Source: Batkoa obscura (lineage: Eukaryota). Taken from it: a stretch of 64,000 bases of DNA. The DNA is taken from positions 1,054,001 to 1,118,000 of the forward strand of contig JASVEC010000002.1 in NCBI GenBank assembly GCA_030770535.1, written 5' to 3'. Position numbers and translations under genes: made by a program. Of the stretch, positions 23,560-36,020 are shown piece after piece. The notes below the pieces were generated by a model. It was not told the origin of the DNA. It was given only the letters and a program-made list of their open reading frames with translations, and made no database searches. Every line of letters starts with the position of its first letter. Position 1 is the stretch's first letter.

Positions 23560-25090
23560 AAATCTTATTATTAAAAAAGATTATTCCATTTGACTCTCCC
23601 TTTTCAAATTCAGATATTAAATTAGCCATACGCTTAAAACTTGTACCAGCTAAATGACCTTCATTGTAATTTAAATATAATAACAAACAGCTTGATGTTT
23701 ACTCTTTTTAAGAAGAAAAGAAACTCACATTATCGGGCTAGACTTCACCTTTGAATTGAGGTTATTAAAAAATACCATCAATTTAAGGGCTGTAATTTAA
23801 TTGCGATAGATTATGTTATCATATCCTGGGTCATTTATTTTGAGCTATCTCCTCTTACTTAATCCAGAAACAAAAATATTTAAGGTCCTTGCAACACAAG
23901 AGAAAAATTACCTATTATTAGGTTCAACTCCTTTTTTTTCAAACCTAAGCATCAAAAATGATCATTAGAATAAAATTTTATTGATTAAATAATTTGTATA
24001 TTGTAATCTCAATAGAGTATGATATTATCTCCTAGATCATTTTAAAATAAAATACCTCTAATTACTTGATCCAGAAATAAAAACACTTGGAAGTTACGCT
24101 TTGCCAGAAAAAAAGTTCACATTGTTTTACCAAACTCTCTCCTTTAAATAAGACTATTAAAAAAGATCATTAGGACAAATCTATATTAATTAAAGAATAT
24201 GTTTGTACATTTAATATATCATAATATTAAACTTCTAAGTCATCTTTTCAACACGCCTCCTATTTTATAATCTAAGTAGAAAAAAGCTGAAACCCAAAGT
24301 TTAACAATGATAATAATTGACTAGGAAGAATCCTATCTCTTAAATGCCAAACATAGTAAATGATCATTAATATAAAATACATATCACTCGATTAATTTAT
24401 ATTGGAATTTTAATAGATCATAATCAAGTCTTCTTAGATCATTTTTATGAAGTACCTTTAACCCCTTGATTTAATGAGATATACTGACCTTCTGACATTA
24501 ATCATAAACAAAATGAAATAACACCAAAGGCTCACTCTTTTAAAACAAATTGTTGATTATTCAATTTATATTGTAGCTTTAATAGGTTATAACAAAAGCT
24601 ATTAAGCCACTCTTTTGAACTACCTTCTATTCCTTCATCCACAAGCAAAAGCAGCTAGAATTTATACCTTTCAAATAAAAAATAAGTTCAGATTATTCAA
24701 CTAAATTTCTCCCTTTAAAACAAAACCATTAAGAACAATTGTTAAAACAAATCTATATTAATTATATAGCATATATTGTAGTTTTGATAAAGTATAAAGT
24801 TCTATCTTAAGCAACTTCTTTGAATCATTTCTTACTCCTCATTCTAGAAACAGAAACATTCAAGAGGTGTACATGCTTTATGAGAAAGAAAAAAGCTCAC
24901 ATTGTTATATTAACTCCCCTTTTTAAGATCCAAATATTACAGCAGATCACTAGTTTAAATGTTGTATCAACCAATTGTCATATTGGTATTTTCAATCTAT
25001 TATTTTATTATCACAAGTATTTTATTTTATTACATCGCTTTTTAGATCCAAAAAAACAGAAAAATTCATCTTTTAAATGTGACAGCAAAT
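23560..25090. repeat. Degenerate tandem array, about 8 units of ~150-210 bp
   Basis: Recurring anchors: gatcatta/gatcacta at ~23960, 24166, 24362, 24945; ccagaaa.aaaaa at ~23864 and 24071 with ctagaaacagaaa at 24844; tcacatt at ~23725, 24117, 24897. Confidence 0.6.
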
Positions 25091-25153
25091 ATTTAAAATG
25101 AGGCACTTGACATTAAATTTCTGATGCCTTAATATGGAAACAAAAGAGAGTAT

Positions 25154-25253
25154 GGGGCTGTATTTTTGTGTTTAAGAATTTTGTTGATAATTTTTCCACT
25201 CAAATAGTGCTTAGAAGATGGAAAAAGTAATGAAGCCAGAAAAACATCTCTCT
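25154..25253 (+). mobile_element. MITE copy
   Basis: Family match, GTAT on both sides. Confidence 0.88.
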
Positions 25254-26225
25254 GTATGGTAAAGAAGGAAAAGTAGTGATAAAGAAAAATTGAAAAAATC
25301 GAGCTTTAAGCTTTAATTTATTATAGTAATAAATTGAAAAGTTATAGCATACTAAAAAAATAGAGAATGACGAGAAGAGCTTCCCAATAATATTAGGGAT
25401 GTATAATAGGTTTGATAACATTTATAAAAAATATAACTATAAAACTAAGTCACTATTATTTTTACTTTCATAAATTAAAATTTACATAAAAATATTAATT
25501 TCTCACTACCATTTTTTACAGCATAAAACAAGGGGCAACTGCAAGAATTTCATAAAAAGGGAGGTTTTCTTTTTTTTAAAATATAAAGGAGTGACAAAAA
25601 AATCCATTTTTCAATTTTAAAACTAGTATCCTCTCTACAATTAGAAATTGTACAGTCACATTTTACTATGCTACAATTTAAACGTAGATTGAGCATTTTA
25701 TATTTATATTAAATTAATCCGAAAATAGAAAAAATTATAATAATTAAACTTAATAAATACAACATAGAAAAGGCCTAATTTACGTTTAAATTGTATCAAT
25801 TGAATGAAACTTGATCAATAAAAAAGCAGCTAGCTTTTATTCACTGTAGAAAATCATGATTTGGCATAAGACTAATTTAAGTAATATAAAATTGGAGCAA
25901 TTAATATCATAATAGTTATTGACTTTATTCAGCTAGCTCCCAACTAGTCCATTTGAAACCAAGTTAAGATCATAAGAATAAAAAGGGAGGATAGAAAGCT
26001 GAATAAGAGAGGAGAAACTTGAAAAGCGTGAGCAAGTATTAAAAATAATTAAAAATAATTAAAAGAAATCAAGTATGAGAAAAACAGAATAGTAACTAAT
26101 ATAAAAAAAATGGAATATAAATAAGATTCACAATACTACTCCTAAATCTAACAAAAAAACAAATTATTAATTTTTTGTATCTTCATTGAATCATTTGCAC
26201 TTAATCATATACAAATAAAAACATA

Positions 26226-27362
26226 ATGTATACCTTACCTTTATTACTCCTTTCTATCTATTTCCCTAGCATCCAATGTCAGCGTCGATTCAATGGAGAA
26301 TACCGTCCAGGATTAAGTAAAAATAGTATATTATCTAACGTTACTACACCTACTTTTTCCACACGTGCTGCACAACTCATATTTGAAGATAACTTTGATA
26401 CCTTTAATTTAAAAAATTGGCGTCATGACATTACTTTAGGTGGTGGCGGTAACTGGGAATTTCAACATTATACTAACAATCGTACCTCTAGTTATGTTAA
26501 AAATGGGGCCTTACATATACGTCCAGTATTGACTAGTGATACTATTGGAGAAGCGGCTGTAATGAATGGTGGTAATATGGATATTTGGGGTAATTCACCT
26601 AATTATCAATGTACTGGAAATGCGTTTTATGGATGTCAACGTAGTTCTAATGGTCAAAATATCATTAATCCAATTCAATCCGCATTGATAAGATCCAGTA
26701 ATAAATTCTCTTTTACTTATGGGAAAGTAGAAGTGAGAGCTAAATTACCAAAAGGGGATTGGATTTGGCCTGCTATTTGGATGTTACCTGCTGATCATGC
26801 TTATGGCAATTGGCCAGCTTCGGGTGAAATTGATATTATGGAAGCTAGAGGTAATGATAATAATTATGGGGCTGGTGGCAGAAATCAAGTAGCTACCACT
26901 CTTCATTGGGGTCCTAGTTGGGACTTCAATAAATATACTATGACCACGGCTAGTTATAAGTTACCTAATGGACAAAGCTTTTCAGATGATTTTCATACTT
27001 ATACATTAGAATGGAACCCAACTTCGATTGTTTCTAGAGTAGATAACAACATTGTACTAAATTTACCTATTCAAAATTCCTTTTGGAGTAAAGGCCAATT
27101 TCCTGGAAGTTTAAATAATCCATGGCAAAATCAACCTAATTCAGCACCATTTAATCAAGAATTTTATTTAATATTTAATGTAGCTGTTGGCGGTACCAAT
27201 GGCTATTTCCCAGAAGGTGTAGGTAATAAACCTTGGTCTAATCAATCTCCTACTGCTGCCAAAGATTTTTATTCTCAAAAGAATAGTTGGTATAGTACTT
27301 GGCCTAATGATGATTCAAGAGCTTTACAAATTGATTATGTTAGGGTTTGGTCTCAAGCTTAA
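26226..27362 (+). CDS. Secreted GH16 beta-1,3-glucanase (laminarinase/GNBP-like)
   Basis: Signal-peptide-like N-terminus; GGGNWEFQ, WPAIWMLP, catalytic EIDIME, FNVAVGGTNGYF, IDYVRVW. Confidence 0.92.
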   Translation: MYTLPLLLLSIYFPSIQCQRRFNGEYRPGLSKNSILSNVTTPTFSTRAAQLIFEDNFDTFNLKNWRHDITLGGGGNWEFQHYTNNRTSSYVKNGALHIRPVLTSDTIGEAAVMNGGNMDIWGNSPNYQCTGNAFYGCQRSSNGQNIINPIQSALIRSSNKFSFTYGKVEVRAKLPKGDWIWPAIWMLPADHAYGNWPASGEIDIMEARGNDNNYGAGGRNQVATTLHWGPSWDFNKYTMTTASYKLPNGQSFSDDFHTYTLEWNPTSIVSRVDNNIVLNLPIQNSFWSKGQFPGSLNNPWQNQPNSAPFNQEFYLIFNVAVGGTNGYFPEGVGNKPWSNQSPTAAKDFYSQKNSWYSTWPNDDSRALQIDYVRVWSQA

Positions 27363-28499
27363 TAAGTTGAATTCTTTTAGTATTGTAAAATATTTTAATT
27401 AAAAAAATTAGTTGAATTTGATTTAATTTCATAATTTGTTTATTTTTAACAGTTTTATTTATTATTTTTATATTTTAAATAGTCATACAATTATCTTTAT
27501 AGTTGATAAATTATTATAACTCTATTTATTGTAAACTATAAGTAGACTCCAACTTCGCTCAATCCATAACAACTACTTACACCTAACCCTTTACTTGTTC
27601 AACCTAAACTTAAGTTGATTCTATTATCTTTTCTACATCTTTGACTCTTTGATTTTAATTGTTTTATGAAGAAATATAGGATATAAATACGGATACAAAT
27701 TCAATTAATAGTAGCTTATAATAGAATGTTAATGATAGCTAGGTTGTCATTATTAAAAAGAGTAGCTTTAATTCAGTAGATCAAATACACTTTTTATTCT
27801 TTTATTACTAGTTCAATTATTATTCTTGTTCTTTACTGAAGGTTGAGAGATTAAAGAGAATGTGATAATTAAATGTATTGGCTGTTTTAAGGTTACTGTA
27901 GAAATAAGAACATCAAATAGTAATCAATGTTGTTATCAGCTCAATTATATCTTATCCTTAAATCTTTAGCATCGCTTTATTAACCAACAGTTACTATTAA
28001 CTCTTTTTGAGCTTCTATACAAAAGTAAAGGTATTGTAAAGTATGATCTATGAACTTTTCATTTCATTATTAATAATTGTACTATCACTGAAGGAACAAA
28101 TTAAAATGTTAATGTTTGATTATTGCAGCTTTCAATCTCAACTTTCTTTTTACTAATAATCTATAAAATTAAACTTGTAGTCAATACAATAAACCCTTAT
28201 CAAATATCACGGTCGTTGCAGCCCTTTTGCGACATAATGAACTACTCATTTGAAATAAAATTGTTGAAATTCAGCTAAAATATAAGGGTTGGGTTTTAAA
28301 AAATTGGCTGGCTATATGAATAATTTAATTATAAAGATACTAAAAAAGTTGTAAAAAAGTTGCAACTATATCGTCTAAAAATCAAATAAAAATTAAAAAA
28401 TAATTAGCCTTTAATCGTTTTTATTTTTTTAAAAAAGCCAAGCTAAAAATTGATAAAATATAAGACTTAATCTGGTAAAAATAAAATTTCCAATTCTTC

Positions 28500-30925
28500 T
28501 TAATCCTCCTTTTGTACTTTAAAAACAGTTTGTTTTTTAGAACTAAATCTATTATTAAAATTTTCATCACAATCAATATCAGCATTAATACAAATATCAT
28601 TATTATCTCCTGAGTTTCTCTCCACCTTAAGTGCCATACCACTTTCAGACTTCTTGTTATGGATATTTTCATTACTCATAAGATAAGGTCTTGCATATCT
28701 GTTAATCCAAGAAAAAATTTCTTTATGCCATCTTAATGAATTTTGAGGTTTAAGTACCCAATGGTTTTCATCTGGGAAATATAATAATCTAGAAGGCACA
28801 CCTCTTCTTTGAAGGGCAGTAAAAGCAGATAAACCTTGGTCAATAGTTAAACGATAATCTTTTTGAGAATGAATAATAAGAGTAGGTGTAGACCATTTCC
28901 AAACATAACTTGAAGGTGAAAACTTGGTATAAGTTTCTGGATTTTCCCAAGGTTTACCAGCAAAGTCATGTTCATTAAAATATAATTCATCCGTTGAATA
29001 GTAAGCAGAAACGGCATCAAACATACCATCGTGATTAACTAAACAACGGAATCGATCTGTATGTCCATTTAACCAATTAATCATATAACCACCATAAGAA
29101 GCCCCCAAAGCACAAGCACGTGATCCATCAATATAATTGTAATTTTCTAATACATAATTTAAACCTAACATTAAATCCTCAAAGGGAGCACCACCCCAAT
29201 CTCCTTTAATGGCATCTGTAAAGTTTTGACCATAGCCTGTAGAACCAGTTGGATTAATCATTACTGTTGCATAGCCTTGTTGAGCAAATACTTGAGGATT
29301 CCAACGATAAGACCATTGATTTAACCAAGCTCCTTGAGGACCCCCATGAATTAAAAAAGCTAAAGGGTATTTTCTCCAATATCGATGTTCTTTTGGTGGT
29401 ATAATAAAACCATGAACTTTTTTATTATTTTTACCTTCAAAAAAGAAACTTTGTTGTTCTTGTAATTCATAAGGTTTTAATAAATCTTTATGAATATTAC
29501 TTTGTTGAATTAATTTATAATAATTATCGATTTCCATTGTGTAGAATTCATAAGGTTGTTGAAAGGAGCTTAATTTTAATAATAATATATCCTCTTTTAA
29601 TAATTGTACTTCACTGACTGAATCATATTTATTCATTCTTCTCACTTTATTGGATTTAATATCAATTATATACAATTTATTGATACCAATATCATTTGCT
29701 GTTACTATAAATTTATTACTTTCATCATTCCATAGTAAACTATTAGGAGATCGATCCCAATAACTTAAATCTACTTTATTAACCTGTTGAGTTGATATAT
29801 CATACCAATGAATATGATTTTTATCACTTTCATAAATATTATTCTAATTAACATATATATTAATATTATGTTATAGTTTTATTATTATATTAAACATACC
29901 TTCATTTGTAACCAAGCAATTTTTTTACCATCTTTTGAAAATTTAGGGAAAGAAGCAGCTCCAGTAAAAGGTTTATTGAGTGGTTTAGGAGTATTACGGA
30001 AACTAGTGCTATCTAATTGTAATAAATAAATTCCTTGAGTAGTTGTAGTTGCTTTTTCATTTCCTGATATTTTAGAAGTAAATACAAGCCATTTGCCATC
30101 TGGAGATATATCATAATCATTATTATCACCAAATGGAAGTACTGGGGATTCCTATAATTAAAATAATTTAATTATTAATTTACTTAATTATTATTTATAT
30201 TAATTTTTTATTACCAAGTCTGTATATTTTAACAAATTTTTTGGTGAGCCTTTGACTTCCCATTTATTAATACCTTTTTTATTGTCAATCTTATCATTCT
30301 TGTTTATATCTAAAGAATATAATTGTTGATATTGATTAGGTAAAATAAATTGATCCCAATGTCTAACAAATAATTTATCAAATAAAATACCATCATCTCC
30401 AAATCGATGACTATTTGTATTGACCTTATTTTTAGCACTAAATATCATTTTATCTTTTTTAATATTATATTGAATATTACTAATATCAACTAATTCTTTA
30501 AATTTATAAAGCGTAGAAGTCTCAAATTCTTTAACATCAATATCTTTTAAATCTTTAGGTAAAGTTATTGTAATTAATTCATCATCTACTACACAAACTA
30601 AACTTTCATGATCTAACCAAGTCATTGGGGCATTACCAATACTAGTTGAAAGCTGTTTATCAATATATTTAGTAATATTATAGGTGGAACTCTTTTTAGG
30701 ACTATCAGAATGACCAAACTCTAATATAAAACTATTCCATATATTCTTTTTTTGATAGATAGAGTAGGTAGATGTAAAATAAATAGCTCTCTCTTTATCT
30801 GGACTAATAACTAATTCACTAGGACGAGGAAGGGTAATTAAGTCTTCATAAGTAAATTGTTCATAGCCATAATTTAATTGTAATAAGTAAACGTTAATAT
30901 ATATTATTAACTGAAATAATAACAT
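28500..30925 (-). CDS. Secreted dipeptidyl peptidase V-like serine peptidase (S9); introns 30152-30214 and 29844-29899
   Basis: IHGGPQGAW, catalytic GASYGG, HSQKDYR, FPDENHW; LFVRHWD and ESPVLPFG in the propeller region; hydrophobic N-terminus. Confidence 0.9.
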
Positions 30926-32140
30926 TTTTATTTTTTTGCTTTTAAAAAATTCAAAAAAAAAGAAACTTGATTTCTTTTATAATGATTTGCAATTTTTCTG
31001 TTTGATACGTCATCAACTTTTATTCAATTTATTGATTTAATATCTTAGACTTCCTATTGGTTCAATTTCTTCTCCGTTTTAATCATAAAACCCCTTTTTA
31101 TTGTTAAAATTCGATTTCTCCCTTAATCCAGGATTCAATTATTTCAAATGATGACTCAATCTTAAAAATTCGTTTATTTTTCTCCGTATTTTTTACAATT
31201 GGATGACGTTTTATTTTAATATTCAAGGTTTTTTATAACTATCCTGAATTATTATTACAGAATTTAATCATTTTATAGTAGTTGTTTATATTATATAGAC
31301 TTTTAGTTTGTTGTATGTTTTACAGCAAGTTTCTACCATATTATAATTGTAACATCTGTAACACCATCTTGTATCATAAGGTTATTTTTATAATGCAATC
31401 TTACACGTTAATTGATACAATGTTTCAATTAAACATTTATATTTTAATATGCGTTTTAGAAGTTTACTTTATTTATTCCTTTATAAATTGAACTTTTTTA
31501 ACGTTAGCTATTATTAGAAATCATTATTTTTTAATTTTTCTATTGTTTCTATTTACTTGACCCCTTTAAGTTTAATATTGCTTCTTTCCTCCCTTACTTT
31601 TTAATTCCTATTTAGTTATTCTATTGGGCTTTTACTTTATCTTTATTCATTTGTATTTGCTTTTATATTGCAAAGTGATTAAAATGGTGGTATGTAATAT
31701 ATAAACTTTGTTTCATTTAAGTCTTTTTTTTTTGGAAAATCTTGAACCCAGAAAGTTGAGTCTTTTATTAGATTATATTTAATTAATGGAAGAGCTCAGA
31801 AAACTATTTCTCTAAGGTTTCAATCTCCGAGGAGCTAAAGCTCAGCCTTTTGTTCCCCTTTATAGCTCACTGTTACAAGCTATAAATCATAACTACAAAA
31901 TATAGTACAGTATGCGTTAAACAAAGTTAAAAGTGCATTTTAATCAGGATACGCAACTCTGAGTTGAAAACTATAAATACCTTAAATTTTCATGCTATAA
32001 ACTCAACAAAATTCAATAATTTAATATTATAAAATGATAAAAAAGCATCAGATATATTGACTAAGTTAAATTGTATTTTATTTCTATTAAATAAAGGTAA
32101 TACAGAACTAAGAATTAAACTAATTCTTCACCTCAGCTTT

Positions 32141-33850
32141 CTACTCTTCCTCCTTATCATCAATTTTATCATCAAATTTTTGAGTGTTATGAACATCAAT
32201 AGGTTTGATCATGAATATAGCCACGAGTAAACTTAAACCAGCTAAAGCACAAGAGATACCTGAAATAATCATTTGACCATCCCCATAACCTGCAATCACC
32301 TGCTCAAATTGTTGTTCTGGTAAGTCCCAAACATAATTCATTTCATTTAATACTCTACTATAATCGATGTCATTGCCTTTTGTATATTTATTAATAAGTT
32401 GAGGTACCACTTGAGTCCAAATAGCACCACCAATAGTACCACCGACTGAACTACCAATACTTAAAACAAGTTGAGAAGTACTAGTTACAATAGCTACATC
32501 CTTTCTACTCACAGATCCTTGGTAAGCTACAATAACACACATATCGACAATACCTTGTCCAATACCAGATAATGTTTGAGTCACATGAATTAATACATCA
32601 CTTGAATGTGGAAATCTAGCTGGTATCATAGTACCTAATCCAATGCAATTGGTAATAGCACCGACAATTAATAAATGTTTAAAGTTTGGCATCTTTTTGA
32701 TTAATATACCAGTAACTAAACAAGCAACTAAATAACCCATTTGATAACCTTTAAATAATAAAGAAGCACTGGTTGGATCTAACTTACGTGAAATCATAAA
32801 ATATTGCGTAAAATACTGCCAATTTAAACCAGAATCCATTCTAACAAAAAATATAATTAACATAGCACCTAAAGTAGTAGAATTTCTTAAAAATCGCATT
32901 GGAATTAGAGGATACTTTGAATATTTATATAGCCATACTATTAAACCAACTAACAATAAACCACCAATCACCATTAAAGCTATCATACTAGGTGTATTCC
33001 AACCGTCCTCTTGGTCACCTGCCATAATTAAAGGTAACATAATACAAGATAAACTAACAACTAATAATATAAATCCAACCAAATCAAATTCATTAACAAT
33101 CTTTTTGAGGCCGCTTTTTAAACCAAAATGTCTAACACTTACAAAAGTAATAGTTTGTTTTTTAGCCTTATGCTGTAAATAAAACATCATCCCAAAGAAT
33201 AATGCCACAAATGGACCAAATGCAATAGCAGGGATTTTGTAACTCCATCTCCAATCTAAATTTTCTGAAATTGGAGTAATAGCATAAGAACCAATCCAAT
33301 TACACAATACAAAAGGTACCATATCAACTGAATTAAAATTAACCCGATTAGCTAATGAAGTTAAATCTGCCATTAAAACTAATTTAATAATACTATATCC
33401 TGTACTCCCAATACTTTTAATAGTAGAAGCAAAAACAAAAGTAGCAAAATTATTCGAGCAAAAGGAAATTATCAAACCAATGAAATAAAACATTAAACTA
33501 ATAAAGAAGAGTTCCGTTCGTCCAAAATAGTCACTTAGTAAAGAAAATAAAGGAATGAAGATTATACCGATTAGTCCTGTTAATACTGACACTACACTAG
33601 TTAAAGCATTGGCTTTAAATTCTTCTAAGGCTATGTTAAGTAAACCAGTGTCAAGGTTTTGCTCGATACCAATAGCAAAGGTTATTAAGAAAATACCAAG
33701 ATATAAAGTCCATAATTGATATTTACTAATGATACCACGAACACTAGCTGTTCTTCTAGCACCTACTTCATTAGCTGTAAAATCAAGTTCATTTGCATCT
33801 TTGTTATTGGAATCAACTGCACTAAATTCTTCCCTTAATTTTTCGCTCAT
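32141..33850 (-). CDS. MFS siderophore-iron transporter (ARN/SIT/MirB-like)
   Basis: 569 aa with many TM segments; SDYFGRTELF, MADLTSLANR, WRW, GGTIGGAIWTQ motifs. Confidence 0.85.
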   Translation of the reverse strand: MSEKLREEFSAVDSNNKDANELDFTANEVGARRTASVRGIISKYQLWTLYLGIFLITFAIGIEQNLDTGLLNIALEEFKANALTSVVSVLTGLIGIIFIPLFSLLSDYFGRTELFFISLMFYFIGLIISFCSNNFATFVFASTIKSIGSTGYSIIKLVLMADLTSLANRVNFNSVDMVPFVLCNWIGSYAITPISENLDWRWSYKIPAIAFGPFVALFFGMMFYLQHKAKKQTITFVSVRHFGLKSGLKKIVNEFDLVGFILLVVSLSCIMLPLIMAGDQEDGWNTPSMIALMVIGGLLLVGLIVWLYKYSKYPLIPMRFLRNSTTLGAMLIIFFVRMDSGLNWQYFTQYFMISRKLDPTSASLLFKGYQMGYLVACLVTGILIKKMPNFKHLLIVGAITNCIGLGTMIPARFPHSSDVLIHVTQTLSGIGQGIVDMCVIVAYQGSVSRKDVAIVTSTSQLVLSIGSSVGGTIGGAIWTQVVPQLINKYTKGNDIDYSRVLNEMNYVWDLPEQQFEQVIAGYGDGQMIISGISCALAGLSLLVAIFMIKPIDVHNTQKFDDKIDDKEEE

Positions 33851-33981
33851 GTTATGATTAAATTGATAATTACTTATTGATGAGGATATGTTCTATTTAT
33901 ACACTTTTTTAAGTTGAATTCAATGTTCTATAATTGTTCAATTATATTTTGTTATTTACAAAAAATTAGTATAAATTCCTT

Positions 33982-33990
33982 ATCTGATAA
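33982..33990. promoter_or_regulatory. Candidate iron-responsive GATA (SreA/Fep1-type) site ATCTGATAA
   Basis: Palindromic TTATCTGATAA ~130 bp upstream of the siderophore transporter ATG; matches ATCWGATAA. Confidence 0.5.
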
Positions 33991-34795
33991 TTCTATCGGT
34001 TATATTGATTTAGAAATATAATTAGTTTGTTTAAATTGAAATTAAATAGTTATGGGATGGGCTTATACTAATACGACTAATTTTAAAAGACCACAATTTA
34101 TATTTTGTAGTTTGGATATCTGAACTTATTAAAAACCAAGAAGTACAAAAGACTGTCTGCCTTTATGCTGACAAATAAAACCAACCATATTATTTCAACT
34201 TAAAACCGCAAAAAATAAATTGTACAATTTGGATAAACATCATTTATTCGAAAGCACCGATATTTCTATATTAGTAAAAATCTATTTTCAATTAAATAGT
34301 GTGAAATTGAATATGAATATGACAAAACTAAAGTTTTTACATTTTTAACAAGTAAATAGTGTACCCGTATATTATCGCTTCACCTAACGCCTTGTGCGAT
34401 ACCGCCGCATACCTTCACTAATTCTAGTATTAAAAATCCTGACTAACTTTTCTTTCCATCCACTTTTCCTTTCAATTCAACATTTTCCTTAATAAATTAC
34501 TAACATTTCAATATTGGACTAAAATTTTGTCAAAAGTATTTTCCGATCAATCAATCTGATTAGCAAAAGCTAAGAATTTCATCTCCCTTAGTTTTCTTAT
34601 TCTAGGTAAAAAAGGAAAATTGGATAATATGCTTTTGAATCAATGGGGAAGGTGATTAAAACACCTAAGATTTAATAAAAGTTGATAAAGTTGTTCGTAC
34701 TAAAATAAGTTTAATAATAGTTAAAACAAAGTGAATGTAGTAAACAATCTTGATAAAAATTACTAAAAATAAACATAACAAAACAATAAACATGT

Positions 34796-34865
34796 GGGGG
34801 TGTTTTTTTGGCTTCATTTTACTCTTTCCATCTTCTAAACACTATTTAAACGAGAAAATTGTAAA
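34796..34865 (-). mobile_element. MITE, partial
   Basis: One end and the interior match the family. Confidence 0.7.
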
Positions 34866-35066
34866 ATAAATTGCTTTTCAATAATAAATATACAAGAATA
34901 TCTCTTTTTGTTTAAAAATTTTACTAATTAAGCTCAAAAAAGTTATTTATATATAGCTACTTATAAACTTAAAGTTATACAATATGTATAAACCTACACT
35001 ATTTATCCAGCTGAAATTTTTTTAGCTACTTAGTAGAGAATTAAAATTAATTAAAAATCAAAATAT

Positions 35067-35162
35067 GGGGCTGTTTTTTTGGCTTCATTGCTTTTTCTCT
35101 TTTAAGCGCTATTTGAGCGGAAAATTTGTTAGTAAAAGTCTTAAACATAAAAATACATCCCC
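35067..35162 (-). mobile_element. MITE copy
   Basis: Family match, ATAT TSD. Confidence 0.92.
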
Positions 35163-35724
35163 ATATTTTAAAAAAAATAAAAATTAAAGTATAAAAAATT
35201 ATAAATTATAAACATTAATTAAACTAATTATTAACATAATAAAAACCAAACCAATGAAACTAAAATCATTTTATTGATTTAAATAAATAATATTGTTTTT
35301 CTATAAAAAAACCAGATCTATAATAAAAATAAACATATGGAGCTGTCCTAATTGGTTTCAGAATCTACTTAGAAATTAATCCAAATTTAAAATTTTTAAA
35401 TTTGTGTCTAATATGATGGTTAAATCTAAAAAGCCTAAAATTAAATGTCTCTATTTAAAACTTATTTTAATTGTTTCCTTTTCTTAAATAGCTAATTTTC
35501 CTAACTATATATTTTATGTTAGTTCTGTTAGATATTTAACAGATATATAATATATAACTATATGATTATATAATTATATAAATACATAATTATATAAACA
35601 TAGTTATTTGACTTTATTTGACTTTATTTTTTGTTGAAATAAAAATAAAATCCAAACTTTCATAACTAAACTTCGAAATGGAATTTTCGAAAATTTCAAT
35701 ACAATAGGGAGGAGTACACAATAT

Positions 35725-35822
35725 GGGGATGTTTTTTTTGACTTCATTGCTTTTCTATCCTTTAAGCGCTATTTGAGTGGAAAATTTGTTAGTAAAGCTC
35801 TTGAATACAAAAATACAGCCCC
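35725..35822 (-). mobile_element. MITE nested in the transposase
   Basis: ATAT TSD; removal gives in-frame STQYKHCNSF. Confidence 0.92.
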
Positions 35823-35921
35823 ATATAAACATTGTAATTCATTTACATCAATTTTAAGAGCTACTTATAACAACCCAAGGTTTATGGAATTTTATAATAA
35901 AATAAAATAAAGAAAAGATAT

Positions 35922-36020
35922 GGGGATATATTTTTGTGTCTAAGAATTTTACTAAAAAATTTTCCGCTTAAATAGCGCTCAAAAAATGGAAAAAATAATG
36001 AAGTCAAAAAAAACACTCCC
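35922..36020 (+). mobile_element. MITE nested in the transposase
   Basis: ATAT TSD; removal gives in-frame RKDILSKF. Confidence 0.92.

Noticed and set aside
21581..25421. ORFs 21581-21799, 22880-23188, 24820-25101 and 25200-25421
   Set aside because: Read-throughs of MITE, pseudogene or tandem-repeat sequence.
28421..31491. ORFs 28421-28672, 28847-29029 and 31282-31491
   Set aside because: Overlap the peptidase in other frames, or are AT-rich chance ORFs without motifs.
34360..34430. GC-richer island with a small TATCGC/GCGATA stem as tRNA or ncRNA
   Set aside because: No cloverleaf or A/B boxes; the stem is too short to support a call.
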